Shown here piece by piece: positions 49,447-60,793 of a stretch of DNA of 64,000 nucleotides. The notes beneath the pieces are model-generated. The model saw only the letters and a list, made by a program, of their open reading frames with translations, was not told where the DNA came from and ran no database searches. Origin of the DNA: Desulfomonilia bacterium (GTDB lineage Bacteria > Desulfobacterota > Desulfomonilia > UBA1062); contig JBEKDT010000010.1 in the NCBI GenBank assembly GCA_050014195.1, positions 117,143-181,142 on the forward strand, written 5' to 3'. Position 1 is the first letter of the stretch. The number at the start of each line of letters is the position of its first letter. Position numbers and translations under genes: made by a program.

Positions 49447-52227
49447 TCATTTTACAAGATATTTTTTCAGATACTTACCGGTGTACGATCGCTCAACACG
49501 TGAGATTTCATCAGGGCTGCCCTTGGCCACAAGGTAGCCGCCTTCATCTCCACCCTCCGGGCCAAGATCGATGATATGGTCTGCAGACCTGATGATATCC
49601 ATGTTGTGCTCGATGACGATCACGGTGTTTCCTTCGTCAACCAGGCGGTGAAGCACGATGAGGAGCTTGTTGATATCGTCGAAGTGGAGACCTGTGGTGG
49701 GTTCGTCAAGGATGTAGACCGTTTTCCCGGTAGCTCGCTTAGACAGCTCCTTGGCCAGTTTTGTCCTCTGGGCCTCGCCTCCTGATAGTGTGGTGGCGCT
49801 CTGACCGAGTCTTATATAATCCATGCCCACATCGATGAGTGTCTTGAGCTTGCGCTTGATTTTGGGAACGGCATCGAAAAGTTCAAAGGCCTGACTCACC
49901 GTCATATCAAGGACATCCGCTATGGACTTGCCTTTATACTTGATCTCCAGGGTCTCATCGTTGAAACGTCTTGACTGGCACTGGTCACACATAACGTATA
50001 CATCGGGCAGGAAGTGCATCTCTATCTTGATAAGCCCGTCTCCCTGGCAGGCCTCGCATCTGCCGCCTTTCACATTGAAGCTGAAACGGCCGGGTTTGTA
50101 CCCGCGCACCTTGGCATCGGGCAGCATGGAAAAAAGCTCCCTGATGAGGGTAAAGACGCCCGTATAGGTGGCAGGATTCGACCTGGGGGTCCTGCCGATG
50201 GGACTCTGGTCTACATTAATGACGCGGTCGAGGTTCTCGAGACCGGTGATCCCCTTGACATGAGTAGGGGACTTCCTCGACCCCGAGAGAAAATTGTTTA
50301 AATACGGATAGAGCGTATCGATGACCAGGCTCGATTTGCCTGAGCCCGATACACCGGTGATGCAGGTGAACAGCCCGATGGGGATGTCTACATTGATGTC
50401 CTTGAGGTTGTTGGCATGGGCGCCCTTGATGCGTATATACGCCCCTTTGGGCCGCCTCGGGTGCTCGGGTGCATGGATCTTCAATTGCCCTGAGATATAT
50501 TTCCCGGTAAGAGATGAAGTGCTCTTGACAAGCTCGGAGGGAATCCCCTGAAACACTATGTTGCCGCCCTGCTCCCCGGCACCGGGTCCCATATCGATGA
50601 CATAGTCGGAAGAAAGGATGGTTTCCTCATCGTGTTCGACGACTATGAGGGTGTTGCCGAGGTCGCGCAGATGCTTGAGCGTGTTGATGAGACGTTCATT
50701 GTCCCTCTGATGCAACCCGATGGTGGGCTCATCCAGGATATACATTACGCCCATCAATGCCGAGCCGATCTGGGTGGCGAGCCTGATGCGCTGGGACTCG
50801 CCCGATGAGAGGCTGCCGGCGGACCTGCTCAGCGTGAGGTACCCGATCCCCACCGAGGTAAGGAAGCCGAGGCGTTCCCTGATCTCCTTTATGAGCCTGT
50901 CGGCTATTTCCTGGTTCTTGGGACTCAATTTCAGGTTATGGAAATATTCGAGCAGATCATCCACACTTATCGTGGTAAGTTCGTAGATGTTTTTATCGGC
51001 TATGGTGATGTGGAGGATTTCATTCTTCAGGCGTGCACCCTTGCAGTCGGGGCAGGTAATGTTGTTGAGAAAACGTGAGATGTCCTCGCTGATCTCGCCT
51101 GTCTCGGTTTCCTTCATCCGTCTGGTGAGATTGGGGATAACCCCTTCAAAAGGGGCAGAATAGGCGTCTTTCATAGGCCCGCCATAAAGGATTGTGCGCC
51201 TGGCCTCTTCGGGGAGCTTCTCAAAGGGGGCATCTGCATCAAACTTAAGATTCCTCGCCAGATAGCTGATCATGCGGCTTGCGAACCTACCCGGCGGCAC
51301 CCCCCAGGGGACAATGGCACCCTGGTTCAGAGATCGCCTCTTCTCAGGGACCACCAGGTCGGGGTCGATTTCTATGAGCACGCCCAGACCATGACAGGTC
51401 TCGCATGCGCCATGGGGGTTATTGAAGGAAAACATCCTCGGCGATATCTCGGGGAAGGAGGTGTTGCATACCGGGCAGCTGTAATGCTCGGAATAGATAT
51501 ATGACCCACCAAGGTCGTCCTCAACGGTGAGCGTCCCTCCTGAAAGCTTGCATGCCATCTCGATGGAGTCCAAGAGCCGGGTCATTACCCCGTCTTTCAT
51601 CACAATCCTGTCCACTACCACATCGATCGTATGCTTCTTGTTTTTGTCGAGTCGCGGGATCTCTTCAATGTCATAGAATTCGTTGTTTATGCGCACCCTC
51701 ACAAATCCTTCACGGGCCAAACGCTCAAAGAGTTTTGTATACTCCCCCTTGCGTCCGGTGATTATAGGGGCGAAGAGGATCACCTTTTTACCGGCTCCGA
51801 GGTCGAGGACCGCCTGGGCCATCTGTTGGATGGTCATGGATTCGATTGCACGGCCGCAGATCCAGCAACGAGGTGTGCCTATCCTCGCAAAGAGGACCCT
51901 TAGGTAATCATAGATCTCGGTAACGGTCCCCACCGTGGACCGGGGATTGTTGGATGTGGTCTTCTGTTCGATGGCTATGGCCGGTGATAGGCCTTCAATG
52001 GATTCCACCTGCGGCTTGGGCATCTGATCGAGGAACTGCCGGGCATAGGCGCTTAAGGATTCCACATATCTGCGCTGCCCTTCGGCAAAGAGCGTATCAA
52101 AGGCGAGTGTCGATTTGCCCGAGCCGGACACACCTGTGATTACCACGAATTTGTTCCGGGGTATCAGAACGTCGATGTCTTTGAGGTTGTGCTCGCTCGC
52201 ACCTTTTATTTCGATGTAATCTTTCAT
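49447..52227 (-). CDS. uvrA: Excinuclease ABC subunit A
   Basis: Two GVSGSGKS Walker A motifs, Zn fingers, [18 protein letters not shown]. Confidence 0.97.
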   Translation of the reverse strand: MKDYIEIKGASEHNLKDIDVLIPRNKFVVITGVSGSGKSTLAFDTLFAEGQRRYVESLSAYARQFLDQMPKPQVESIEGLSPAIAIEQKTTSNNPRSTVGTVTEIYDYLRVLFARIGTPRCWICGRAIESMTIQQMAQAVLDLGAGKKVILFAPIITGRKGEYTKLFERLAREGFVRVRINNEFYDIEEIPRLDKNKKHTIDVVVDRIVMKDGVMTRLLDSIEMACKLSGGTLTVEDDLGGSYIYSEHYSCPVCNTSFPEISPRMFSFNNPHGACETCHGLGVLIEIDPDLVVPEKRRSLNQGAIVPWGVPPGRFASRMISYLARNLKFDADAPFEKLPEEARRTILYGGPMKDAYSAPFEGVIPNLTRRMKETETGEISEDISRFLNNITCPDCKGARLKNEILHITIADKNIYELTTISVDDLLEYFHNLKLSPKNQEIADRLIKEIRERLGFLTSVGIGYLTLSRSAGSLSSGESQRIRLATQIGSALMGVMYILDEPTIGLHQRDNERLINTLKHLRDLGNTLIVVEHDEETILSSDYVIDMGPGAGEQGGNIVFQGIPSELVKSTSSLTGKYISGQLKIHAPEHPRRPKGAYIRIKGAHANNLKDINVDIPIGLFTCITGVSGSGKSSLVIDTLYPYLNNFLSGSRKSPTHVKGITGLENLDRVINVDQSPIGRTPRSNPATYTGVFTLIRELFSMLPDAKVRGYKPGRFSFNVKGGRCEACQGDGLIKIEMHFLPDVYVMCDQCQSRRFNDETLEIKYKGKSIADVLDMTVSQAFELFDAVPKIKRKLKTLIDVGMDYIRLGQSATTLSGGEAQRTKLAKELSKRATGKTVYILDEPTTGLHFDDINKLLIVLHRLVDEGNTVIVIEHNMDIIRSADHIIDLGPEGGDEGGYLVAKGSPDEISRVERSYTGKYLKKYLVK

Positions 52228-52238
52228 GGATGTTTTTT

Positions 52239-52295
52239 TGTAGGGGCGGCTTTAGCCGCGATCCCATGTTCCTGCCGCGGCTAAAGCCGCCTACA
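52239..52295. repeat. GTAG-type REP doublet (REPIN-like)
   Basis: TGTAGGGGCGGCTTTAGCCGCG ... CGCGGCTAAAGCCGCCTACA. Confidence 0.85.
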
Positions 52296-52305
52296 GTGTC
52301 TGGAT

Positions 52306-53217
52306 TTACATATAGATCCCGACAAAATGGTCCGCCATGATCATCTTAAGCCAATGATCGAACGCCTCTTTCTGATGCTTCGTCTGAAGCGTTTCCACGA
52401 TCTCGGAGCGCACCTCGTCAATGGGTTTACCACCGGAAACTCCGCGCTCCAGTACTTGGTATATGAGGATGTTTTCATCCAGGGAGACAGGGCCTACTAT
52501 ATCTCCGGGCTTTGCAGTCTCAAGGACCTTGCGGGCCTCACTTGCAAGCTCATCGATTCTTATCCAGCCGATATCCGGATTGCTTCCGGCTGTCTTTTCG
52601 GCATAATCCTTTGCCGCCTCGTCAAAAGGTCTGCCGCTGTGAATATCCGTTATGGCTTTATCGGCCTTCACCGGATCATTTTTTATGAGGATCTGCTTGA
52701 GGTGTAAGGATTCGGCCCCGGAATACTCTTTTGGATGGGAGTCATAGTAGTCCTGCACCATAGTTTCAGTCACCACAACCCGGGATCTGACCATCATATC
52801 CATGATGGTGGTCTTCTTTATCATGGACTGGGCGCTGGCCACGTCGATGTTCATGCTCTTGGCAGCATCTTCTGCACGACCCAATTCAACCTGGGGCAGG
52901 CCCAGGCTGTGGTAAACCTTGTCTACGATCGCATCTTCCACCATAAGCTGCAATACCTGCTCGGCCGTCGAAGCTTCATAATTTTTTGCACCGAGGTCAT
53001 GCATCTTCTTCACAAGATCCGAGTGCATGATGACCTTATCATCCACTACGGCCACAATCCCGTCGATCATCTCGGCATGTGCCGGGGTGCATAAAAGGGC
53101 TATGAGCACGGCAGATGCCAACGGCAGAATCCACATTATGCCCCTGAGTCCGGCTGGTATTTTTGTGAAGCTGAATATATTCATATTCTTTTCAGTTCTC
53201 CGCACGTATATTCTCAT
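52306..53217 (-). CDS. SurA-like parvulin PPIase/chaperone
   Basis: IDGIVAVVDD SurA N-terminus; HLKQILI..FDEAAKDY..DIGW; follows mfd. Confidence 0.8.
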   Translation of the reverse strand: MRIYVRRTEKNMNIFSFTKIPAGLRGIMWILPLASAVLIALLCTPAHAEMIDGIVAVVDDKVIMHSDLVKKMHDLGAKNYEASTAEQVLQLMVEDAIVDKVYHSLGLPQVELGRAEDAAKSMNIDVASAQSMIKKTTIMDMMVRSRVVVTETMVQDYYDSHPKEYSGAESLHLKQILIKNDPVKADKAITDIHSGRPFDEAAKDYAEKTAGSNPDIGWIRIDELASEARKVLETAKPGDIVGPVSLDENILIYQVLERGVSGGKPIDEVRSEIVETLQTKHQKEAFDHWLKMIMADHFVGIYM

Positions 53218-56200
53218 GTTACCACAGCAAGTATGTCACGTATTTCATTTGGTATATCGTGACCCTGTAACGGTATCTCCATAAAACCCTCAGGCCTGAG
53301 TCTCCCCTTCCTTTGCGTCACGAAGGTAATGAGCCTTTCCAGGTCCACAATGCTATCACGGCTCAGGTACAACCTCAACACTTCTTCATCCATATCGATT
53401 TTTTTAATTCTCTGCCGCTTCATAATATCACGCACCTCTGATATGAGAAGCAGCGACTTGACCGGTTCCGGCAGGGGACCATAGAGGTCTTTCAGTTCAT
53501 CGCCTATGGTCCTGAGCTCGTCGGTCGATGCGGAGAAGAGTCTTTTATAGAGACCGAGCCTCAGGTGCTGGTCCGGACAGTAGTTTTCAGGAATATAGGC
53601 ATCGAGACTGATCCTGATCTCAGGGTCTATTTCCGGTAATGCCTGTTTTCCCTGGAGGCTGTCGACCGCCTCTTTAAGCATCTCCTGGTAGAGCTCGTAG
53701 CCTATGGCCGTAACGTGTCCCCACTGGGCCTTGCCCAGTATATCGCCGACCCCCCTTATCTCCATGTCGCGCATGGCCATGTGGAAGCCTGCACCCAGAG
53801 ATTCGTATTCCTTGATGGCCGAGAGTCTCTTGTGGGCATCCTTGGTGATCCGCCCCATCTCGGGCAGGAGCAGCAGGGCATAGCCCTTTGTCTTGGATCT
53901 GCCAACCCTTCCCCTGAGCTGGTAGAGATCGGCCAGTCCGAACTTGTCGGCCCTGTTGATGATGATGGTGTTCGCATTCGAGATGTCAAGCCCGGAGCTT
54001 ATGATGGCAGAGGTGACCAGCACGGTGATACTCCGCTCCAGAAAGCTGCCCATGACACTGTTGAGTTTTACCCTCGGCATCTGTCCGTGTGCCACGCCGA
54101 CCCGGGCCTGGGGGCACAATGCCTGGATATGCCTTGCCATGGAGTCGATGGTGGAGACGGTATTGTGAACGAAGAATACCTGGCCCCCGCGGGCGAGCTC
54201 TTTGTTGATGGCGACCTGAACGGCCTCATCATCAAAGCGGGTGATGAGGGTGTCGATGGATTTGCGCTCTGCAGGCGGTGTCTCGATGATGGAGAGCTCT
54301 CTCAGGCCCGAAATGGCCATGTTCAAGGTCCGGGGTATGGGGGTGGCGGTCAGTGTCAATACATCCACCTCCGCCCTCAAGGACTTTATCTTTTCCTTGT
54401 GTTTTACGCCGAACCGGTGCTCTTCGTCCACCACAAGAAGACCCAGGTCTTTGAATCTTATCTTCCCCGAGAGCAGGGCGTGTGTCCCGATAACGATATC
54501 CACCTTGCCCGCCTCCAGGTCCAGAAGTACATCCTTGCTGTGGGCGGATGAGCTCATGCTGGAGAGGGCCTCCATACGGATGGGCCAAGAAGCCATCCTG
54601 TCTCTGAATGTGCCCAGGTGCTGCCTGGCGAGCAAGGTCGTGGGCACCAGGACGGCCACCTGCTTGCCGGACATCACGGCAACAAAAGCGGCACGCAGCG
54701 CTATTTCGGTCTTTCCGTATCCGACGTCGCCGCATATAAGCCTGTCCATGGGCCTTACGGATGCCATGTCGGCATAGGTCTCTTCAACGGCCTTGAGCTG
54801 GTCGTCTGTCTCATCGAAGGGGAATGAATCGACGAATTCCCGGATCGGCGGGCTTTCGGTATCATATGACACACCCTGTGCAGCCTGGCGCTTGGCATAC
54901 AATTGTAAAAGCTCTCCGGCGAGTATCGCCACGGACACGCTTGCCTTTGCCTTGGCATTGGCCCACCTGGTTCCGCCAAGCTTATCAATGGTGTAGTGGT
55001 CCGTATCACCTATATAACGCTGGAGCAGCGACAGCCGGTACACAGGGACATAGAGTCTGTCTCCGCCGAGATATTCGAGCAGCACGTAATCGCTCAAGGT
55101 TCCGCCGGCCTCCAGCCTGACCACACCTTTAAAGATCCCGATGCCGTTGTCGCGGTGCACGACGGCATCGCCTACATTGAGCTGGGTGAACGGGTCGTAG
55201 ATGGGTGGGCCTGAAGGCGTCTTTCTCCTCTTTCTATGGGCGCCGAGCATCTCTTCAGCCGATATGAGGGCAGCCCCAAGCTCAGGCAGGATGTAACTTG
55301 AAGAAAGGTTTCCCTCGATCATGCGCACCCGGGCGCCGAACCCGCCATAGTGCAGCAGGAACTCCGGGCTGGTGGTCTCCGTCTTAAGGCCCCGGATTGC
55401 AAAGGCATATTCAATGCGCTCCGTCATCATGTCCGCACTGGAAAAGATGAATACATCAAGGCCCTCATGCACCAGGGAGACAATCCGGTCGAAGACTGCA
55501 TCTGCAGAACCGCCTGTGAGCAGTTCCCATTTTACACGGGCCTGTGGGGAGCCACTGAGGTTGTCTGCGAGGGATGTCGATATCCGCCGATCGAAACCGG
55601 CCAGGTGCATTGCAAGATCCGTTTTGCTTATTATTGCCTCTTCAGGTGCGAGGAAGACTTTCTGCCTGGTAAGGGCACGCTCATATCCATGGACATAGGA
55701 GTTGAACGCCTCATCCCAGAGGGTGCCTGTTTCAACGGCGTCAGGGCACATGATGACGGTTTTCTTGGAGAGATAATCGAAGATGGTGGAAGGTTTTTCG
55801 TAGAAGAGCACAAGATAGGATTCTATGCCTGGAGTATGTATGCCCTGCTCCATATCCTCGATGATGAACCGGGTGCCGGGTTCCCCCATCCTTCGTAAGA
55901 TGGCCCGTGCGTTCTTCATATGGGGATAGTCCAGAAGGACCTCGCCGCCGGGGAGTATATCCGCCGAATCCAGGACTTTTCGGGTCCTCTGGGTCTGCAC
56001 ATCGAATCCTTTTATGGCAACGATCTCATCGCCGAACATATCGAGACGCACCGGTTCTTCCATGCCCGGGGAAAAGATGTCCATGACAGAGCCCCTGATG
56101 CTGAATTGTCCGACGTCGTCAATGAGCGCCTCCCTGGTGTAGCCCATACGGACGAGCCTGAGGGAAAAATCCTCCCTTTCTATCTCCGTGCCCGCCTTGA

Positions 56201-56579
56201 GGCTTATGATACTCGAGATAAGATCTCCCTTTCCCATGGTGAAGCCGAGAACGGCCTGCAGCGGGGTGATCACCACTGATGCAGGGCCGGTCAACAGGGC
56301 GTATAGGGCCGTAATCCTCTTGGCCATGATCTCTTTTGAAGGGCTGTCATCCTGATACGGCCTTACGTCATACGGCGGGAAGATCCTGATGTGCTCGGGC
56401 TTGAGGAAGCACAGGACATCTTCTTGGGCCTTGTACATATCATCCGCACTTTTCACGATCCATAGAACGGGTTTTTTCTCACGCCTGAAAATGGATGCTG
56501 TGATGAGCGCCTGAAGCGAAGCCGGGTAAAAACCTGCTGAATCGACTGAGACAAGGGCCTGCAGTATCTTATTCTCCAT
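53214..56579 (-). CDS. mfd: Transcription-repair coupling factor
   Basis: GDVGYGKTE, DEEHRFGV, TATPIPRTL, QLRGRVGRS. Confidence 0.96.
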   Translation of the reverse strand: MENKILQALVSVDSAGFYPASLQALITASIFRREKKPVLWIVKSADDMYKAQEDVLCFLKPEHIRIFPPYDVRPYQDDSPSKEIMAKRITALYALLTGPASVVITPLQAVLGFTMGKGDLISSIISLKAGTEIEREDFSLRLVRMGYTREALIDDVGQFSIRGSVMDIFSPGMEEPVRLDMFGDEIVAIKGFDVQTQRTRKVLDSADILPGGEVLLDYPHMKNARAILRRMGEPGTRFIIEDMEQGIHTPGIESYLVLFYEKPSTIFDYLSKKTVIMCPDAVETGTLWDEAFNSYVHGYERALTRQKVFLAPEEAIISKTDLAMHLAGFDRRISTSLADNLSGSPQARVKWELLTGGSADAVFDRIVSLVHEGLDVFIFSSADMMTERIEYAFAIRGLKTETTSPEFLLHYGGFGARVRMIEGNLSSSYILPELGAALISAEEMLGAHRKRRKTPSGPPIYDPFTQLNVGDAVVHRDNGIGIFKGVVRLEAGGTLSDYVLLEYLGGDRLYVPVYRLSLLQRYIGDTDHYTIDKLGGTRWANAKAKASVSVAILAGELLQLYAKRQAAQGVSYDTESPPIREFVDSFPFDETDDQLKAVEETYADMASVRPMDRLICGDVGYGKTEIALRAAFVAVMSGKQVAVLVPTTLLARQHLGTFRDRMASWPIRMEALSSMSSSAHSKDVLLDLEAGKVDIVIGTHALLSGKIRFKDLGLLVVDEEHRFGVKHKEKIKSLRAEVDVLTLTATPIPRTLNMAISGLRELSIIETPPAERKSIDTLITRFDDEAVQVAINKELARGGQVFFVHNTVSTIDSMARHIQALCPQARVGVAHGQMPRVKLNSVMGSFLERSITVLVTSAIISSGLDISNANTIIINRADKFGLADLYQLRGRVGRSKTKGYALLLLPEMGRITKDAHKRLSAIKEYESLGAGFHMAMRDMEIRGVGDILGKAQWGHVTAIGYELYQEMLKEAVDSLQGKQALPEIDPEIRISLDAYIPENYCPDQHLRLGLYKRLFSASTDELRTIGDELKDLYGPLPEPVKSLLLISEVRDIMKRQRIKKIDMDEEVLRLYLSRDSIVDLERLITFVTQRKGRLRPEGFMEIPLQGHDIPNEIRDILAVVT

Positions 56580-57864
56580 GACCCTCTTCCAGTATCATCT
56601 GGACCCCGCCTTGCCCCTTTTCTTTTGCAGCAACGGCGATTGTAGCTTCATGTAATGTCAGAACGGGCCAGAAGGGACGTAATGTGCGAGGTATCTTCAT
56701 CTTAGCGAGGATTTGTGATACCTTTTTATCCGACATCCTGTCCCCTTTCAGATATGACCTGATCCGGAAGTTCCCGGTCGTGCACTCGGGCACAATGATA
56801 TTCACGGTCTTGTTGATCTCGGGAATGAAAAAAGGTCCCCCTTCTTTGATTTCGAGGGAATAATGCGGGCCCGGGGAAACGCGGTGTATGACAAGCAGAC
56901 GGCCATCCAGGAGCACCTTCACCCTTCTCTTGATGGTATGCGCCCGAATAGCCGCACCCAGCACCTCAAAGGCGGTATCCACCTGAATCGCGTCGATCCC
57001 CCTCGGCTCATGGGCCATGCGTGAGATGACATTGATGAGAAGCCTCCTGGTAACGGCATCGGGTGCACTTCTTAAGTCATCGGCCCTGAAGGCCTTGATC
57101 ATGACATAGTCGAAGACAGCCGCACTTTTCTCAAGATCGAGTGCCATGTTCTCCAGGGCTGCACCCTCTTCCCGGGCGATATGGGCAAGAGATGCTATGG
57201 ACCGCGCAGCCTGGGGGTTTATCCGTTCCATCACCGGGATCACGGCGCTGCGGATGAGGTTGCGGGCGAGCCTCATATCATTGTTTGAACTGTCGATCAC
57301 ATAGGCAAGGCCTTCATCGGTTGCATATTCATTTACCTGGGTTCTTAAGATCCCGAGCATGGGTCTGATGAGATCATCCGGTCTTTTGTATCCCATTCCT
57401 GCAAGACCCCTGATGCCGGTCCCCCTGATGATGCGATACAAAACGGTCTCCGCCTGGTCGTCAAGGGTGTGGCCTGTTGCGGCATAGGCATATCCATGGC
57501 GGTTTTTGAAGTCGCGGATGGCAATATAGCGCATCTTCCGTGCTTCTTCCTCGAGATTTGCCATGCCGGGGGTCATCATAAGCTTTGCAAGGTGAAATTC
57601 CAGGGAAAGCTTCCGGCACCATTCCTGCACGAAACAGGCATCCTGCCCGGATTCTCCTTTGCGGAGGCCGTGATCCACATGGATGACACCGAGCCTGAGA
57701 TCCAGACTTTGGGAGGCACACCGCATGAGGTCAAGAAGGACCATGGAGTCGATGCCTCCGGAGACGCAGACAAGCACGGAATCGTTGTTTTTCACGGCAC
57801 ACGGGCCTGTAAGGGCGCTCATGAAGGTGTCCAGCAGGGATTCTTGTACGCCTCGGGATTTCAT
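56569..57864 (-). CDS. tilS: tRNA(Ile)-lysidine synthase
   Basis: SGGIDSM, HVDHGLR, ARKMRY, HTLDDQAET, RNLIR. Confidence 0.94.
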   Translation of the reverse strand: MKSRGVQESLLDTFMSALTGPCAVKNNDSVLVCVSGGIDSMVLLDLMRCASQSLDLRLGVIHVDHGLRKGESGQDACFVQEWCRKLSLEFHLAKLMMTPGMANLEEEARKMRYIAIRDFKNRHGYAYAATGHTLDDQAETVLYRIIRGTGIRGLAGMGYKRPDDLIRPMLGILRTQVNEYATDEGLAYVIDSSNNDMRLARNLIRSAVIPVMERINPQAARSIASLAHIAREEGAALENMALDLEKSAAVFDYVMIKAFRADDLRSAPDAVTRRLLINVISRMAHEPRGIDAIQVDTAFEVLGAAIRAHTIKRRVKVLLDGRLLVIHRVSPGPHYSLEIKEGGPFFIPEINKTVNIIVPECTTGNFRIRSYLKGDRMSDKKVSQILAKMKIPRTLRPFWPVLTLHEATIAVAAKEKGQGGVQMILEEGHGE

Positions 57865-58005
57865 TAAATTTCCCTTTAGTACCGAAGGGAGCTTCGGTCA
57901 AGGTTTACCTGGGAGAGGATTTACGCGATTGTATGCAAGACTCCTGGTGACGCAAGACCCATGGCACCAGCGGCCGGCGCAGCGGCAAGCGGCCTGCAGT
58001 TATTA

Positions 58006-59952
58006 CTAGAATAATCTCTTGATGTCCGGAACTAGATCAAGATCGTCAGGGATAATGAGCCCATCATCCTCGTGATTTCCTCCCGGGTGGGTTCGAGGTT
58101 CTTTACGGGGTGCTGCCAAAGGGTCAAGATCATATTCAAGCTTCACCACATTATATCCTGTCGTTGCATACCTATGCAGTCCCAGCTTATCAAAGGCGTG
58201 AAGCATCTTGATATTTTGTTCCCAGACATATGCACGGAAGACCTCAAAACCAAGCTCAGGGGCGATCTGGGTCATGGTCTTGAGCAAATAGAAGCCGAGT
58301 CCGATGTTCTGCCACTCCGGATGCACCATGACAGCGAACTCACAGGTTCTTCGCTCGGCTTCTTCATTGTCCATGACGATATGGGTTATGCCGATGATAC
58401 GGGCCTTCCCTGCATCAGAGGCTTCCACGACCAGGGCCAGCGAATTTTTATAATCGCAATTCACCATCTGCTGGGCCTGCCGGTGGTGCAAAGAGGTGAC
58501 GTGACTATGAAACCGGTGAAATTTTTCATCGCTGCTCAAGGAATAGAACAGGTTCTGTATGCCCCGCTCGTCCGTTATCTTGACAGGTCTGATAAAGACC
58601 TCTTTTCCGCCGAAGGTTTGTTTATGCTCGAAATGTGCCGGGTAGAGGGAATCTTCAGGAGGAAGGATCTGGTCGGGGTATATGTAGTTCATCCTCTTGG
58701 CCTCATCCAGCAGCCAATTACGGAACTTCGGGTGTGCTATGGTGATGAGCTCAAGCACCCGTTCGCGGATGGATTTGCCGAATAGGTTCACACAGCCGTA
58801 TTCCGTGACCACATAACTTACATCGGTCTGGGTGGTGAAGATGCCCATCTTGGATTCGGTGAACCTGGGTACGATCCGTGAGATGCTCCCGTCACGGGAT
58901 GTCGACCGCAGGGCGATGATCGCTTTCCCGTCCTTTGTGATCTGGGCGATCCTGTTGAAATGAGGTTGCCCCAGTGCACCGAAATGGGCGCCTTGCTCTC
59001 CGAGGGCAACACATGACTGTCCGGTGATGTCGATCTCCACGGCCCCGTTGATGGCGACAAAAGGGGTCCTTGTAAGGATGACCTGGGGATTGCTCACATG
59101 GGTGAGCGGTCTCATCTGGACTTGCTCGTTTTGTCTGACGAAATAGAACAAGGCTTCAGTCCCGATGCAGAACGAACCGGTGATCATATTGCCTTTTGGT
59201 ATGGCGCCTGTCCGGACAAGATCGATGACGGTATCGGTGATGATTTCGGAATGGATCGACAGGTCTTTCTTGGTTTTCATTGCCTTGAGTGCGGCATCCG
59301 GAATCCTGCCGAATCCTATCTGGATGGTGGAGCCGTCTTTTACAAGATTCGCTACATGCTCCCCGATCTGCCTAGTTTCAAAGTCGAATTCTTCAACCGG
59401 ACAGCTCACGAGTGGCTCATCATACTCGACGATATGGTCGACCTCGGATATGTGCACGAGGCTCTCGCCGCAGGTAAACGGCATAAAAGAGTTGACCTGG
59501 GCCACCACGATGTCTGCATGGTCGATCATGGACCTGACGATATCCACGGTTACGCCGAGGCTCATGTAACCCTTATCGTCCGGGGGGCTGAGCTGAATGA
59601 CGGCCGTGTTGATCTTGATGGAACCCTCCTGGATCAACCTGTCAAGCATATCGGAAGACAGCGGGATATGGTCGGTCTTGCCCGTGGAGAACGGACCCGA
59701 CATGCCCGGCGATACAAAGAACGAGTGTATGCGGAACCGGGAGCCTGCATCGCCCCCGAAGTCGGAATAGGTGCGGAGTGGAATCGTGGTATATACCTGT
59801 ACGTCGCTCAGGTCGATATTATCGACGATGAGCTTTCTCACAAGGTGCTGCGGCTCGGCGCAGCCGGATTCCACGAACATGCTTGATCCCGGATGAATGA
59901 CACCGAGAATATCCTCTGCCGTAACCTTCTTTTTCAAATACTCTTCCATCAC
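58006..59952 (-). CDS. Acetyl-CoA hydrolase/CoA-transferase-like domain fused to GNAT acetyltransferase
   Basis: GCAEPQ, DGSTIQIGFG, HSE, VVTEYG, IAHP; C-terminal GNAT EFAVMVHPEWQNIGLG. Confidence 0.88.
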   Translation of the reverse strand: MMEEYLKKKVTAEDILGVIHPGSSMFVESGCAEPQHLVRKLIVDNIDLSDVQVYTTIPLRTYSDFGGDAGSRFRIHSFFVSPGMSGPFSTGKTDHIPLSSDMLDRLIQEGSIKINTAVIQLSPPDDKGYMSLGVTVDIVRSMIDHADIVVAQVNSFMPFTCGESLVHISEVDHIVEYDEPLVSCPVEEFDFETRQIGEHVANLVKDGSTIQIGFGRIPDAALKAMKTKKDLSIHSEIITDTVIDLVRTGAIPKGNMITGSFCIGTEALFYFVRQNEQVQMRPLTHVSNPQVILTRTPFVAINGAVEIDITGQSCVALGEQGAHFGALGQPHFNRIAQITKDGKAIIALRSTSRDGSISRIVPRFTESKMGIFTTQTDVSYVVTEYGCVNLFGKSIRERVLELITIAHPKFRNWLLDEAKRMNYIYPDQILPPEDSLYPAHFEHKQTFGGKEVFIRPVKITDERGIQNLFYSLSSDEKFHRFHSHVTSLHHRQAQQMVNCDYKNSLALVVEASDAGKARIIGITHIVMDNEEAERRTCEFAVMVHPEWQNIGLGFYLLKTMTQIAPELGFEVFRAYVWEQNIKMLHAFDKLGLHRYATTGYNVVKLEYDLDPLAAPRKEPRTHPGGNHEDDGLIIPDDLDLVPDIKRLF

Positions 59953-60120
59953 AGCTTCGACCCCCCTTTAAATCTGAGTCAATAGATTCCAAGTGTTACC
60001 CCCAATAGAATTACGAAAATGCAAATGTAGTGATCGTATCGGCAGATTAATTATATTTTATTATAAGTTGCCTTTAAGAATTTAAGTTCTCGAAAAAGAA
60101 TGGGCGATCTCACCCTTAAT

Positions 60121-60148
60121 GTCATTCCCGCGGAAGCTTCGAATCCAG
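60121..60148. repeat. Degenerate GTCATTCCCGCG..GGAATCCAG-type palindromic repeat
   Basis: GTCATTCCCGCGGAAGCTTCGAATCCAG; single copy with an eroded right arm. Confidence 0.5.
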
Positions 60149-60152
60149 TCAT

Positions 60153-60611
60153 CTATTCATCGGAAAAGTCTGTTTCCTTGAGAAGCTCCATGGCCTCGAT
60201 CATCTTGTCCCTGTCCTTCAGCCGGGCCAGGCTCTGGGGCGACTCCTGAAACTTTTCCAATGCATGGAAGAACCTATCGAGAACATCGTCCTTGAAGGTG
60301 GGTATGAGAAAGATATGGGTATGGGGGATCCTTCGTCCCCGTGCGTACATAAAGATAAAGTCCGGGAAAAGCGCCTTCATCATCTTGTTGGCGCAGACCC
60401 TGGCGACACGGAACAGGCTGTCCGTCTCATCGGCTCTCAGTTCATGCCACCAGGTGACGTGCCTCTTGGGAATGACCAGGCAGTGCCCCTGGGTGTAGGG
60501 ATGGATGTCGAGTATGCACAACGACATGTCGTCCTCATAGACCTTATACGCCTCGGCATTGCCTGCAATGATGTCGCAGAATATGCAATGACCCTTGCCC
60601 TCATCAGACAT
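60153..60611 (-). CDS. HIT-family nucleotide hydrolase
   Basis: CIFCDI, GHCLVIPKRH, HTHIF (third His of HxHxH replaced). Confidence 0.85.
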   Translation of the reverse strand: MSDEGKGHCIFCDIIAGNAEAYKVYEDDMSLCILDIHPYTQGHCLVIPKRHVTWWHELRADETDSLFRVARVCANKMMKALFPDFIFMYARGRRIPHTHIFLIPTFKDDVLDRFFHALEKFQESPQSLARLKDRDKMIEAMELLKETDFSDE

Positions 60612-60793
60612 ACACACCCCTTTCATCACGGCCCGGCTGCGGCTGACCCTGCCGCCTTTCGTCCCTCAAGACGGCCGGCACGGATTCCATGGTTGCCTTA
60701 CCCCATCCATTAACCATATAACTTATCTTCATGGTAGACTTTTCCCTCGTCCATACGCATTTTTATTATCTTGAAAGGACGGCGTGACGCCAC

